64,000 nt of DNA from Gekko japonicus (lineage: Eukaryota): positions 343,455 to 407,454 of the forward strand of contig NW_015162518.1 of the NCBI RefSeq assembly GCF_001447785.1. The letters run 5' to 3'. Shown piece by piece: positions 13,680 to 25,532 of the stretch (position 1 is the stretch's first letter; each line of letters starts with the position of its first letter). A model generated the notes under the pieces. That model made no database searches. It was given only the letters and a program-made list of their open reading frames with translations, and had not been told where the DNA came from. A program made the translations under genes and the position numbers.

Positions 13680-13839
13680 TTACCAGAAGCAGCAGCAGCA
13701 GTAGCAGCTTTCCAATGAGGTTTGTAATTGCCAACCAGTGTCTGCACTGAGTTTATCTGTTACCAGAAGCAGCAGCAGCAGTAGCAGCTTCCCAATAAGG
13801 TCTGTAATTGCCAACCAATGTCTGCACTGAGTTTATCTG
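13680..13839. repeat. Tandem duplication, 80-bp unit x2
   Basis: taccagaagcagcagcagcagtagcagctt..gtctgcactgagtttatctg twice, with about 4 substitutions. Confidence 0.9.
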
Positions 13840-13869
13840 AGTTGGACCATCACTAAAGTAAAGGTGAAG

Positions 13870-14390
13870 CAGTAGAGCAGCTTGATTTGACCTTACAGGT
13901 CAACAAGATTTTTGAGACCAGCAATATTTGGGGGGATATGAGCATGAGCTTTTTGACTCAAAAGCTAATACCCTCAACATATTGTTGAATGTCGATCCCT
14001 AAGGTGCTACTTGATTCCAATCTAGCTATTCATATGGGGAATGTTTGTGGAATATATAGGAAATACCAGAGGTCCAGTTTTATGCACTCTGATTCTTTAG
14101 CATGCCTTGCTCAAGGATGACCCAAAACTCAGGGTTGCTAACACCACCTCCCTTCTTTCCTACTGGAAAACCTTCCTGAGTACCTTGTCTTTCAGAAGGG
14201 ATTGGTGATTTGTTCTCCTGAACCATTACATGGTGCAAAGAACATGAGAAGACAAAACTTGGTCAGACAATGGTTCTTAAAGCAATGCACATTATGTCAG
14301 AGCAGAAAGATCGTTCATGAGCATGAGCTTTTTGACTCAAAAGCTCATACCCTCAGCATATTGTTGAATGTCGATTCCTAAGGTGCTCCC
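13870..14390. mobile_element. Penelope terminal-repeat-derived palindromic remnant plus a ~70-bp local copy of its right arm
   Basis: atgagcatgagctttttgactcaaaagct(a/c)ataccctca..taaggtgct at ~13938-14010 and ~14317-14388. Confidence 0.65.
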
Positions 14391-14391
14391 T

Positions 14392-14438
14392 AAGGTCAAA
14401 GAAGACGGGGACGGCAAAGGATGAGATGGTTAGAACGT
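14392..14438 (+). mobile_element. BovB (RTE) fragment running into an assembly gap
   Basis: aaggtcaaagaagacggggacggcaaaggatgagatggtt (GQRRRGRQRMRWL), identical to 17003-17042. Confidence 0.8.
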
Positions 14439-15285
14439 NNNNNNNNNNNNNNNNNNNNNNNNNNNNNNNNNNNNNNNNNNNNNNNNNNNNNNNNNNNNNN
14501 NNNNNNNNNNNNNNNNNNNNNNNNNNNNNNNNNNNNNNNNNNNNNNNNNNNNNNNNNNNNNNNNNNNNNNNNNNNNNNNNNNNNNNNNNNNNNNNNNNNN
14601 NNNNNNNNNNNNNNNNNNNNNNNNNNNNNNNNNNNNNNNNNNNNNNNNNNNNNNNNNNNNNNNNNNNNNNNNNNNNNNNNNNNNNNNNNNNNNNNNNNNN
14701 NNNNNNNNNNNNNNNNNNNNNNNNNNNNNNNNNNNNNNNNNNNNNNNNNNNNNNNNNNNNNNNNNNNNNNNNNNNNNNNNNNNNNNNNNNNNNNNNNNNN
14801 NNNNNNNNNNNNNNNNNNNNNNNNNNNNNNNNNNNNNNNNNNNNNNNNNNNNNNNNNNNNNNNNNNNNNNNNNNNNNNNNNNNNNNNNNNNNNNNNNNNN
14901 NNNNNNNNNNNNNNNNNNNNNNNNNNNNNNNNNNNNNNNNNNNNNNNNNNNNNNNNNNNNNNNNNNNNNNNNNNNNNNNNNNNNNNNNNNNNNNNNNNNN
15001 NNNNNNNNNNNNNNNNNNNNNNNNNNNNNNNNNNNNNNNNNNNNNNNNNNNNNNNNNNNNNNNNNNNNNNNNNNNNNNNNNNNNNNNNNNNNNNNNNNNN
15101 NNNNNNNNNNNNNNNNNNNNNNNNNNNNNNNNNNNNNNNNNNNNNNNNNNNNNNNNNNNNNNNNNNNNNNNNNNNNNNNNNNNNNNNNNNNNNNNNNNNN
15201 NNNNNNNNNNNNNNNNNNNNNNNNNNNNNNNNNNNNNNNNNNNNNNNNNNNNNNNNNNNNNNNNNNNNNNNNNNNNNNNNNNNNN
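14439..15285. other. Assembly gap (N-run); others at 23229-23299, 24846-24883, 26008-26235, 28944-29140 and 50313-50450
   Basis: Runs of n. Confidence 1.
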
Positions 15286-15431
15286 TGCAGGGGGGGGGGT
15301 GTGAATGATGAGGTAATTATTAAGACCAAGAAAAAGTGTGGCACTTTCCCCAAATATTTTAAGCCATGTCAAAAGCATGTCTCCCTCCAATAGTTCTTCA
15401 GTCATTACTCTGAATGGGGATAAAAGTGTCA

Positions 15432-15672
15432 TTGGATCTAACCCATATGTTTTCTGTGACTTGCTGCTGAATTTGCCTCAGCTGAAAGTTTGAAGTGAGT
15501 TTGGAGGTTCATCTTTTTCAATGGATCCAAGGAGTTTTGACCACCCACGAAGTCTATGCCGGGATCAGGAGACCTGCATGCACAAAAGCTGGTAGATTTA
15601 GGGGCTGTACAAGAATTGGGTATAGAAGAATTGGGTGAGATTAACATCATTGGGGACGCTGGCTGGATCCAA
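15432..15672. mobile_element. Degenerate GGATCC-ended palindromic MITE (related copies near 105-300, 30848-31020, 41425-41582 and 46830-47230)
   Basis: ttggatctaacc ... ggctggatccaa inverted ends and a shared interior (gaccacc.aagaag.ctatgc.gggat..gagacctgc). Confidence 0.6.
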
Positions 15673-16168
15673 CCCAGTGTGTGTGTAGGTTAGTGAAGTT
15701 TTTTTTAAAAAAGATTACCTTTGTGATTAGTGGACACTGAGTCAGACACAATTAATTAACAAATGTTTCTATAGTAGTGCCAAGAGATATTCAAGGCAGC
15801 TTACAGCCGATCACAGCCAACCAACAACAACAACAAAAGAGTTCAATTTGACTCCAGTAGCACCTTGGAGACCTACAAAGTGAAGGCTCTGAGTTGTCTT
15901 CAAAACCAGCCCCAGGTAGGGCACATTAAATGTTTGGAATGGAGATCCCTGAGTCCTCATACCCCAGTCAGGAGGGGTGAGTGTGCGGGTGGCAGAGCAG
16001 GGATGCAAAGAATCAATGCACATTTTAATCAGATTGATAAGAGCAGAGGAGAATGGCTTGGGAGCAGAAAATTATCCTCTGTAGTGAGATAAGAATCCTG
16101 TGACTCTGTTCAGTAAATTCCTAGGCACAAGTTCTTATAATGCCTCAGGCACGAGGATGGGTGGGGCT

Positions 16169-16436
16169 TAGGGTTGCCAGGTCCAACCTTCACACCAACA
16201 GGGGAATTTGTGGGGTTTTTCCTGGGGGGTTAGGTGACATTTTACCCCAAAAGCAGAGCATCGCTGTGCAACACCCCCCGACATAGTAACATCATTTCTG
16301 CATGACATCATCATGTTGGGGATGTCGCCGCATGACATCACTGTTTGAGAGTGGATTTCCCCCAGCTGTCTGGTGATGGACAGAAGCCCTAAAAAGCAGG
16401 GGATCCCCTGCTCGGGTCTGGGGAATGGGAACCCTA
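16169..16436. mobile_element. hAT MITE (TAGGGTTGCCA TIR)
   Basis: TIRs tagggttgcca / tgggaacccta; perfect 8-bp TSD gtggggct (16161-16168, 16437-16444). Confidence 0.9.
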
Positions 16437-16836
16437 GTGGGGCTGAATGGCTGGCCTTCATCAGCTGTGGCTGGAAACACTCCCCCAGGAGCAATAAAGG
16501 AGCCAGAGAGACATTTCACATCTAGAAGCCACATTAACTGTGAAATGTAAACATATTATTCATGGATGTGGCTAAGAGTGGGCAGAAGAGAGGCCAGGGA
16601 CAGGGCAAGAAACCAGGAAGACAATGCACACGTGCAGCCAGGTATTTGTTTTATCCATCATACACAGACTTGAATACAAATGATCAAGTTATTGAACATT
16701 CAGCTGTGTTGATCCTTGAATGTTAGGCTGACTCAGACCAGACACTCACTGGTTCAGTTCATGTACTGTTCACAAGTCGGGAACAGGAAGCTGGTTATTC
16801 AGTGATTGGTTTGACTTTTTGGGGACCTGTATGTAA

Positions 16837-17042
16837 CTGAGAGTCCCTTGGACTGCAAGAAGATCAAATCAGTCAATCCTAAAAGAAATCAACCCTGACT
16901 GTTCCCTGGAAGGCCAGATAATGAAACTGAAGCTCAAATACTTTGGCCACCAAATGAGAAGGGAGCACTCACTGGAGAAGACCCTGATGCTGGGAAAGAT
17001 TGAAGGTCAAAGAAGACGGGGACGGCAAAGGATGAGATGGTT
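16837..17042 (+). mobile_element. BovB (RTE clade) internal ORF fragment with no 3' tail
   Basis: Open frame LRVPWTARRSNQSILKEINPDCSLEGQIMKLKLKYFGHQMRREHSLEKTLMLGKIEGQRRRGRQRMRW, the BovB ORF C-terminus. Confidence 0.92.
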
Positions 17043-17404
17043 CGTAGATGCAACCCTAGGCAGTTAAAAATCATATAAATCCATCATAAATACATGCTGT
17101 GTTTCCCAAACAATCATATTGTTTGTGGTTTGTGTGAGTAGTCCTCCGTGACGCTTGGATCAGTGGTGTTTTGCATCCTTTTTTATTTTTAGTTTTTAAA
17201 AGCTGATGCAAACCTGTTTGGCAGGTGTTCGAACCATTTGGTGTGAACCAGACAGAGCAAATGATGGGCTCATGTCTGCTTGTTGCATTTGAACATGCCC
17301 GGTTCAACTGTCAGACATGTTCATTGCATCCTGTTGCTGATGATAAACCAGGAAGCAGACTGGAAGAGCATCCCTGCTCGTGGCACACTTGCAAAACAAC
17401 ATGG

Positions 17405-17606
17405 GTACCAATATGTCTTATTGGAGCAAGATTCAAGTCCAGTAGCACCATAAAGATCAACAAGGTTTCCAAGGTAAAAGCTTTTGAGAGGCAAAGCTCC
17501 CTTCATCAGAGAGCTTTGACTCTCAAAAGCTGGACAGCTTTTTGATCTTTAAGGTTCAACTGGACCCAAATCTTGCTCTTCTGCTGCAGACCAACATGGT
17601 TACCCA
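17405..17606. mobile_element. Inverted (palindromic) Penelope terminal-repeat element with a decayed hammerhead motif
   Basis: Arms gagcaagatt..gtccagtagcaccataaagatcaa..agcttttgagag / ctctcaaaagct..ttgatctttaaggt..actggac..aatcttgctc around the centre cttcatcag (ctgatgaag on the minus strand). Confidence 0.7.
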
Positions 17607-20551
17607 CCCAAAACATTTCTCACTGAATACTGAAATGAAGCTCTTGGCCTTGTTGCACTCAAGACATGCATTTTTTTTCCTCTGGGAGGTTTGAAAGGAA
17701 CAAAACCTCTCTTTGTGTTTTAGCAGCCCCCCCCCCCCCGGGCAGAGAACAGCCAGGAGGAAGAAGTCAGTTCAATTGCTTCCCAGATGTACTGCATCTC
17801 ACCTTCATACAAATGCTAATAGATCTAGCAGGAGAGATAATGGGCGGGTCAAGCTCTTCCCTTTCTCCAAACAGGGAACCGAGTTTTGGAGGGATTAAGT
17901 ACTAGATAGTCTTCAGGAAGGAGATTCCTGGAGATATCCAGGAATGCTACTTTGACCTGGAGTGACTGGGTCAGGGGGAGGAGAAACAGATATGATAAAA
18001 ACTCCTTGCAGCAGGAAGGAGCTCTCTTTTCCTTGGGTGCTGAGTCCATAACTGAACTCAGACCTCTCCACTGGGAAGGCAGCCATTGGCCACGTGCTCG
18101 CCTCAAGAGCTGGAGCAAGCTTCAAGGTAATGGTGTCTCTATAGGGATCTGTAACATTTTAAGCAAAAGGGACCTGTCCTGTTTTAACATCTGATAGGGC
18201 ATGTATAGAGAAAGGGACAGAGAATTTGTTTTTCGCCCATTTCTTTTGGAATCCCTTGCTCAATTTGGTGCTGTGCTAAAAGTATGCTTGTAAACTTTTT
18301 TTTTTTAAATAATACTTTATAACTTTTGATGCTGGCCCTGATTCTCTGCACCACATAGACCTCCACCATGTTAGACATGCTATTTTAAAAGGAATGTCAG
18401 AAGGAAGGAAGGCAGTTGGCAAGTAGCCATTCCTCCAGGGGTGCTCAAGGCAGTAAATCATCCCTGCAGTGACCAGGTGCTGAGCAATGGGAGACACTGA
18501 GGCAAGGCCTCAGAATGTGGAAGGGAAGCTGGGAGTCTTGACCCTCCCAGTGGACAATTCTGTACAAAGGTCAGATGATGGTGGCAAGCTACCTGAGAGA
18601 TAGAGAAAAACCTCTCCAGATGTGAGAAAAACCCAGGAGGGCAGGGCAGAAACGGGGCCTGTAGGCAAGAGCAGGCACGTTCTGCCACACATGCATATAG
18701 TTTTTCAATCAAACCTTCCAAAACAGTTTTGGCTTAAAGGAACCTGTTGGCTCCTCTGGTTGTTGTTTTTTTGCCTAAACTGCATATTCTCTCCACATGT
18801 TTTTGAGGCCATGGGATACAAAAGAAATGAAAGGTTTCCTGCTCAGAATATTAAGTCATCAACTTTCAGGAAGTATTTGAAAGTGAAATGGGGACAAGTA
18901 TTAGCAGAGCCATTATGATGAAATAATGTGATTCTCCTAATGCATTTATCATGTTTAACTATAAGTAAGAGACATTATTTCTAATGAAATAATAATTTTT
19001 AATACCACAGCCCATCATGAAAACTGTCCGTGAATCTGAAATTTGTGCATAACTGTTGAGTTGGGAATTCTGTCCATTAGTCTAAAAATGTAATCTGCTG
19101 GGCTCCATTTTCAGAGAGCTTGTTGTGCCTGTCCCTTATTACCTTAATTGTGTTCAGTTAGAATACTGGGGTGCAATTATCCTAATGTCAACAGTTGACC
19201 TGCTTCCCGTTCAGAACTTTACTAATATACTTTGTGCTCATGCTGGGCTGTTAGAATGCAGGACATTTGTTTTAATGGATCTTTCCAAAGTATATGAATT
19301 TATTCAGTGGCTGTTGTGGTATGCAAATGTTTTTGTGGTTTTACGTTTTAAAAAAATGTCCGATGACCTCGTGTTGCTAGACATCCATTGCTTTTTGAGT
19401 GCCTTTTGCTTTCAGATTATTTTCACAAACAGCTAGACAAGCATTCAGTTGTGTCTACAACTGTATTGTCAGCAGGCAAACTGTTAAAGAGGTCTGTATC
19501 TTTTTAACCAGTTCCTCTGCATTCATATGTGATTGGTAATAATGGTTAGAGTAATTGGCTGGTCACAGAAACCTGATACCCGACTTCATGATTAGAGATC
19601 AATCTTTTACTTTCCTTTCTACTATTTTGATCCCCAAATCCTCACCTGATTTTTTCCTCCCTGTTGCAAATCAAACCCACGTTTATTTTGGCATCAGTTT
19701 CTGAAAGTGTATGAAAATTACACTTCACTTTGCTGGATGTAAGGGACAGACAGTTGCAGGCCTTTGCACAACTACTTCAGTTAAGCTCTTCCTAGGATTG
19801 TACTTTTAAGGCAACAGTTTCCTCCAGAAATGTGCCATGATGCCAACAAAAGTGTTTCCTGGTACCATATTCCATCTTGTCACCTCATATATAGCATCCT
19901 CGTCTTCATAATAGGAGGCAAAGCAACTCTCAGCAAGAAGGGACAGTTACTACTCTGTCTCTCCTTAATGCCAGCTACCCAAAATCAATCTGAAGAAAAA
20001 TGTATTTCACCACTTCTGGTAGATGCAGACAGGAACAGTTAGAGGGGGAAGCTGGAGAACCATTTGGCCTAGACCTCGAACTCAACGGAGGCCTCAAATT
20101 TAGACAATTAATGGAGGGTTTTGTTTTTGACAACTGGTAGGTTTTGCTACTTGTTTTCATGTATATTTCCACTGCCTGCTTTAGTTTTTATGTATCAGCA
20201 CAAAAAATGTAGTATGGATTTGGGAGGAAAAGGTGAAGTGCCCCAGACCTCTCTGGATCTCCAAGAGAGCCTGAACATAAAAATTCCAAGTGCAGTAACT
20301 TTTCAAGAGAAGAGACTGCCAGAACAAAGGGACAGCTGCTACAAATGTTTTGCACAATGATTCACTAAAGAAAAGCCAATGGTATAAATCAAACTGTAAA
20401 TATAACAGGGTTGCATGCTGAGTGCTGGTAATAGGTGAGAGGCTTGGGTGATGAGGAAAGTCAAATAGCCATCTTTCCAATGGTTTTACCATAGTGTTCC
20501 GGTGCAATACTAGAGCATCACCCTGGCAATATTAGAGCATTACCCTGACAT

Positions 20552-21690
20552 CTATCTATCAAGTACTGCTCATATAGCTACCACCTTAAGCAGAATTTAG
20601 AACCAAAAACATTATTTTAAAAGACCTTACTCAGTACTATTTCTCTTATATTTGATTATTGTGCCTATGGATTTTGCCACTGAGAGGGTGACACAGTCAT
20701 TTGTATCTGACAGTAGCCATGACACCTGGGCTCGTACATTTAGCAATTCCATATTTTTAAGTAAAGGGTTGACTAAATTAGCCCGCAACTCATTGGATAT
20801 AGGGCATTCTGTAATCATATGTTTGATGGTTTTGATTTTATCATATGAGCATCTCCATGTTCTATTAGAGTATGATACTTTATTATATCTGCCCTCCAAA
20901 ACCACAGAGGGAAGAATGTTCATTCTTGCCAAAGTAAAAGCTTTTCTTAGTTTTGGGACTGTCAATTGATAAAAAATATTTCAGCAGTTGCATCAGGTGG
21001 GCAGTTCCCAAATGGAGTGTCAAACATACCCTGCATGCCCTAATAGACATACTTGTAACTTCCAACTTCCTTACACACTTTTTTATTTGTCTTATAATGT
21101 CTATTTTCTATATTCTTAATCATATCATTTGCTATTCTTAGGCATTTCATTTTCTTTTCCAACAGTTGATCCCATTGGCTATAATGTTTATCTGCCTGGA
21201 TAAGCCCAGATAGAGTAGATCCTCCCTCAGATTGTAAAACCTTTACTTTAAAGAGAAATGCTTTAATCCAAGCCCTAGCTTCTATCAATAATTCACCTAG
21301 TTCTACTCTCAGTGCTATGTCCAAGACACATCTAGGAGTAGTCAATAAACATTGGAAAAAGTCGTACTGGATGGAAGATATTGTTTCAGAAGTAGCCTGA
21401 ATACAAATTTCTGATCCATACAGGAATTGGTTCAGAACCTTAGCATTAAAGACCTTTAAGGCCGGGGGGACAAATTCACCTCCCAATGAGTAGAAGTATT
21501 TTAGAATTGATCCTCCCTACTCTCAAGGCTGTGTTCCTTGATAGATCCAAGTGTATTTTCCATCTAAGAGATGCTTCAAAGTGGATTCCTAGATATTTAA
21601 ATTGATTGACCTATTCCACAGGTTGGCCTGGCATGTCCCATTTGAAGATTTTCCCCTTTTTCCTTTTGGTGAATACTATGACCTTGGATT
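20552..21690 (-). mobile_element. 5'-truncated non-LTR retrotransposon (RTE/RTE-X-like, clade tentative) inserted in a hAT MITE remnant
   Basis: ORFs 21040-21486 and 20627-20965 resemble an RT thumb and C-terminal zinc-knuckle-like region (KVFNAKVLNQFLYGSE..LRVELGE..LRKAFTLARMNILPS..LEGRY..RCS..TIKHMITECP); 14-bp TSD cattaccctgacat (20538-20551, 21691-21704); (GATA)n-like tail. Confidence 0.85.
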
Positions 21691-21881
21691 CATTACCCTG
21701 ACATAATGGTAGCACTTCCAGGACTGCACCAGAAGTGATCTCTCACTTTTGGATGGACAGTGGTTTTCTGCACATTCACCATCCTCTGCCCTACCGAGTG
21801 GCAGTTGGGATCAGGGGCTGCAAGTGGAAGGCCTCATGCCGTAGTGGGAGAGCTGGCAACCATAAAATATTTACACCATGG

Positions 21882-21882
<1 letters not shown>

Positions 21883-21968
<86 letters not shown>
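21883..21968. repeat. Compound microsatellite (CT)n(CA)n
   Basis: Direct reading. Confidence 0.98.
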
Positions 21969-21969
<1 letters not shown>

Positions 21970-22239
21970 GCCTTGCATATTTTGTATTGGTATTTCTGTA
22001 TCTAGGAGTCTAGACTATTCACAATTTCTTAATGACCAAAATGATATATGTAAGTTGTTCTCCAACCTGAAAACATTTCCCTGTGAATAAACCAATTGAG
22101 TAGATCTGACTAGGAGTTTGAGTAGACCTGCTGAGGGTTGCTCTCCTAGGAGTATAGCTAGTTAATCCAAAAGGTGTCTCACATGAGACTTTGTAAACTC
22201 GTAAGGGAGAGAATAGCTTGACCTTTGCATAAAAGCTGT

Positions 22240-22800
22240 TTTCTTCCCCCTAAGGCAATTACATTGCAAATCATATCAGACATAGTTTGCAATCAAACCA
22301 AGAAACTGGATTTCCATCTGATCTCCCTTCGAAACAACAATTTGCATTGAGAACAGTTCTGCTGTCCCAGTGGACAGTGCATTTATTTCCAATTATATAG
22401 GCAACGCCAGGAAACTGTTCACACCACCCGCCTATTATCTGCCTAATCAGCATTTCATTGATGGCTTTTTATTGCCTTGTAATTCACATTTTAAAACTCA
22501 CATTATCATACATAAAAATGAACGCTAGCTATGGTCTGATCTCCCCCACCCCCTCCACTACATATGTTAGGTGTAATAATCAGGCTGCTCAAAGTGTGCC
22601 ACATTTAATAAACCTTTGGAGATAATCACAGTCCTGCTGGCAAAACTGTTTAGGGAGATTATTCATTTTTTTCCACCTGAAAGTAATTGCGTGATAATTT
22701 GATGGAGAGAGGCACATATGAAGCATGTAAATATGGGACGGGCAGCAAGAATGAGAATTATTGCTATTATTAAGAGTGCTCAAATATTCCCTCTTTCATT
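22240..22800. promoter_or_regulatory. Candidate conserved non-coding element / enhancer
   Basis: Repeat-free, ORF-poor, high-complexity block dense in TAAT/ATTA, TAATC and GATAA motifs; conservation itself not testable here. Confidence 0.4.
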
Positions 22801-23349
22801 TCTTTTTGCATTTGTTTACATTTTTGCTGCAGTTGTTTTTTTCCTTTGTTTTTAGTTTTGTAGATTTGACGTGCACATCCCCAGCAGAGTTAAATCTTTC
22901 AATGGACTGAGAAGGGTGTAACTCTGCTTAGGATTGCAGTGTTATGTGTCTTGTGTATTCATGTAGTACTGTTTCTCTGCAAGTTTCATGATATTTATAT
23001 GCACAATGCATATATAATATTATTTATACCAATTTATTTACATGCAAATAACATTAAAATGTACATTTTATGAAAGAAGATTCAATGTGAGCAAGCAAAA
23101 GATGGCACATCAACAAAAGATCATGATTTACCAAAAAAAGAAGAAGCAGCAACATGGAATAATGTTTTTTAGGCTAAAAAAATAGGGATGATGATGATGA
23201 AGAAGAAGAGGAGGAGGAGGAGGAGGAGNNNNNNNNNNNNNNNNNNNNNNNNNNNNNNNNNNNNNNNNNNNNNNNNNNNNNNNNNNNNNNNNNNNNNNNA
23301 AAAAAAAGGAACAACATGGAATAATTTTTTTTAGGCTAAAAAAATAGGG

Positions 23350-23662
23350 ATGATGATGATGAAGAAGAAGAGGAGGAGGAGGAGGAGGAGGAGGAGGAGG
23401 AGGAGATTGAATTTATACCCCGCCCTTCACTCGGTGTCTCACCGGCTTACAAACTCCTGTCCCTTCCCCTTCCCACAACAGACACCCTGTGAGGTAGGCA
23501 GGGCTGAGAGAGCTCTGACAGAGCTGTCCTTGAGAGAACAGCTCTGACAGAACTATGGCTTCCCCAAGGCCATCCAATCACTGCAAGTGGAGGAGCGGGG
23601 AATCAAACCCGGTTCTCCCAGATTAGAGTCCACGCACTTAACCACTACACCAAACTGGCTCT
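23350..23662 (-). mobile_element. Squam3-like tRNA/CORE SINE with trinucleotide tail
   Basis: Minus strand agagccagtttggtgtagtggttaagtgcg..ccgggtttgattcccc; tail seen as (GAT)n(GAA)n(GAG)n on the plus strand. Confidence 0.88.
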
Positions 23663-24565
23663 AATGAGGAATTAAAAACTGTCTTTATTGGTAATATTGT
23701 TTGACCCATATGGTTCTGTCATTTAAAGACTGCCTATCACATTGATATGGTTTACCGGCTAAACATTAATGCTAATTAATGGTTGATGAAAGCAGAAAAT
23801 TGTCTCTAATTACTTGCACTCATTCGCAAGGTCGGAAAAGAGCACAGAATTGGTTTGAGCAGCAACCTTAGTCTGATTAGCTGGAGGGCATAAAATCTAA
23901 AGTGGAATTGCTTTGAAAATTGTGTTGGAACTGGTACTGCTTTGGTGTCTTCCTTCAAATACAAATAATTACAAATGATAAATTTATTTACAAAGAATAC
24001 ATTCACAATATGGAGTACCAGAACGTCTTTGGGGTTTTTTTTTAAAATTACAAATTACAAGTCCGTCACCCTGACCTTGATTAGATCCCAGTAGCACCTT
24101 AGAGACAAACAGGATTCGGGGCATGTCAAAGCTCCTGAAGGGTGTAAGACTGTATTTGTTTCACTGCTTTTAAACTTGTTTTAAATGTGATTGGTTCTTT
24201 TAAATGTTGTGCACTGCCCTGAGCCCCAAATATGGGGGAAGGCAGTTTAAAAATCGAATCTATGAATACATGAATGGAATAATCTTTTGAGAGTCAAGAG
24301 CTCTCAAGAGCTTCAACTCCCCAAATCTTGTTGGCCTCTTAGGTGCTGTTGGACGGCGAGACAACATGGAACCCTCTGAAATTACTCCCCCTACAGAGTA
24401 TCACTGCTGCTGGAATGACATCCAGAGAAGAATGGATTCCATTTGCCCTGAAGTAGTGATGGTCCCACTCAGATAAACTCAGTTCAGATATCAGTCAGCA
24501 ATTACAAGCCTGATTGGAGAGCTTCTTTTTCTTCTTTTGGTACAGAATTCTAAATAGATTTGTTG

Positions 24566-24845
24566 TAGTGCCAGTTTGGTGTACTGGTTAAGTGTGCGGA
24601 CTCTAATCTGGGAGAACCGGGTTTGATTCCCCACTCCTCCACTTGCACCTGCTGATGTGACCTTGGGTCAGTCACAAGCTCTGGCACAGCTGTCCTTGAA
24701 AAAGAGCAGTTTGTGTCAGAGTTCTCTCAGCCCCACCCACCTCACAGGGTGTCTGTTGTGGGGAGGGGAAGGGAAAGGAGTTTGTAAGCCGCTCTGAGAC
24801 ACCTTTGGGTAGTGAAGGGCGGGGTATAAATCCAATCTCCTCCTC
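24566..24845 (+). mobile_element. Squam3-like tRNA/CORE SINE nested in the tail of a 5S-SINE
   Basis: gccagtttggtgtactggttaag..ccgggtttgattcccc..tgtaagccgctctgagac..gggcggggtataaatcc. Confidence 0.88.
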
Positions 24846-24883
24846 NNNNNNNNNNNNNNNNNNNNNNNNNNNNNNNNNNNNNN

Positions 24884-24899
24884 AGGGGGGGGGGATGTC

Positions 24900-24938
<39 letters not shown>

Positions 24939-25139
24939 ATGCCTGGAAGTCATGGCAACCTCTGGTGACTCCTACTGGGGCATGGCAGTCATTCAGTGAA
25001 GTGGTTTGATAGCCTGCCTCTGCCTTCTGACCCTGGTATTCTTTGGAGGTCTCCCATCCAAATACTTGCCGGGGTCAGCCCTGCTAAGCTTCTAAGATCT
25101 GATGAGATTGGGCTTGCCTGGCCTTTCCAGGTCAGGGCT
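24884..25139 (-). mobile_element. 5S rRNA-derived SINE
   Basis: Minus strand ccctgacctgg..gcccaatctcatcagatcttagaagcttagcaggg..gtatttggatgggagacc; (CA)n tail; TSD cagaattctaaa..gattt at 24543-24561 and 25140-25158 encloses both SINEs. Confidence 0.85.
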
Positions 25140-25317
25140 CAGAATTCTAAACTGATTTATGATATCATATGAAACCTTGAAACTTTTATGTGGTTATCCC
25201 CCCCCCCCCAACTGATATTTGTGGTTCAGCACATCAGGGGCCTTAGGCCAATAGCTACTGTTGGTATATGCTCAAAAAACTTAATTGATTGTTTTATCTG
25301 CTCATTTAGCCATAACT

Positions 25318-25532
25318 GGTAAGGGCTGTGGCTCAGTTTACGGGCCCTTGCATTGCATGCAGAAAGTCTCAGGTTCAAACCCTAGCATCTCCAGTTGGAA
25401 GGATCAGGTGGTAGGTGATGTGAAAGACCTTTACCTGACCCTGGAGAGCTGCTGCCAGTCTGGAAGGACAATACTGAACCTGATGGACTCACAATGTGAT
25501 TCAGTAAGACAGCTTCATGTGTGTCCATGTGA
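25318..25532 (+). mobile_element. tRNA-derived SINE with CR1-like 3' end (related copies 50075-50262 minus, 52030-52170 minus, 10745-10895 plus)
   Basis: gggctgtggctcagt..gcatgcagaaagtctcaggttcaaacc (A/B boxes); tail gatggac..gattcagtaagacagcttcatgtgt. Confidence 0.75.

Noticed and set aside
12503-13839. Short direct repeats as a CRISPR-like or coded array
   Set aside because: Only two-copy head-to-tail duplications with no spacers, in eukaryotic DNA.
14353-15432. Long ORFs of 290-360 aa (also 25858-26252, 28831-29153, 50310-50525)
   Set aside because: They are open only because they run through N gaps.
17917-18126. Possible 210-nt symmetric exon (cttcag|...caag|gtaatg, one open frame RRFLEISRNATLTWSDW..KSWSKLQ)
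   Set aside because: Weak polypyrimidine tract, peptide not recognisable and no partner exons; needs RNA-seq or homology to revive.
23150-23405. Duplicated sequence on both sides of the 23229-23299 gap
   Set aside because: Typical scaffolding artefact: overlapping contig ends or two alleles at a microsatellite.
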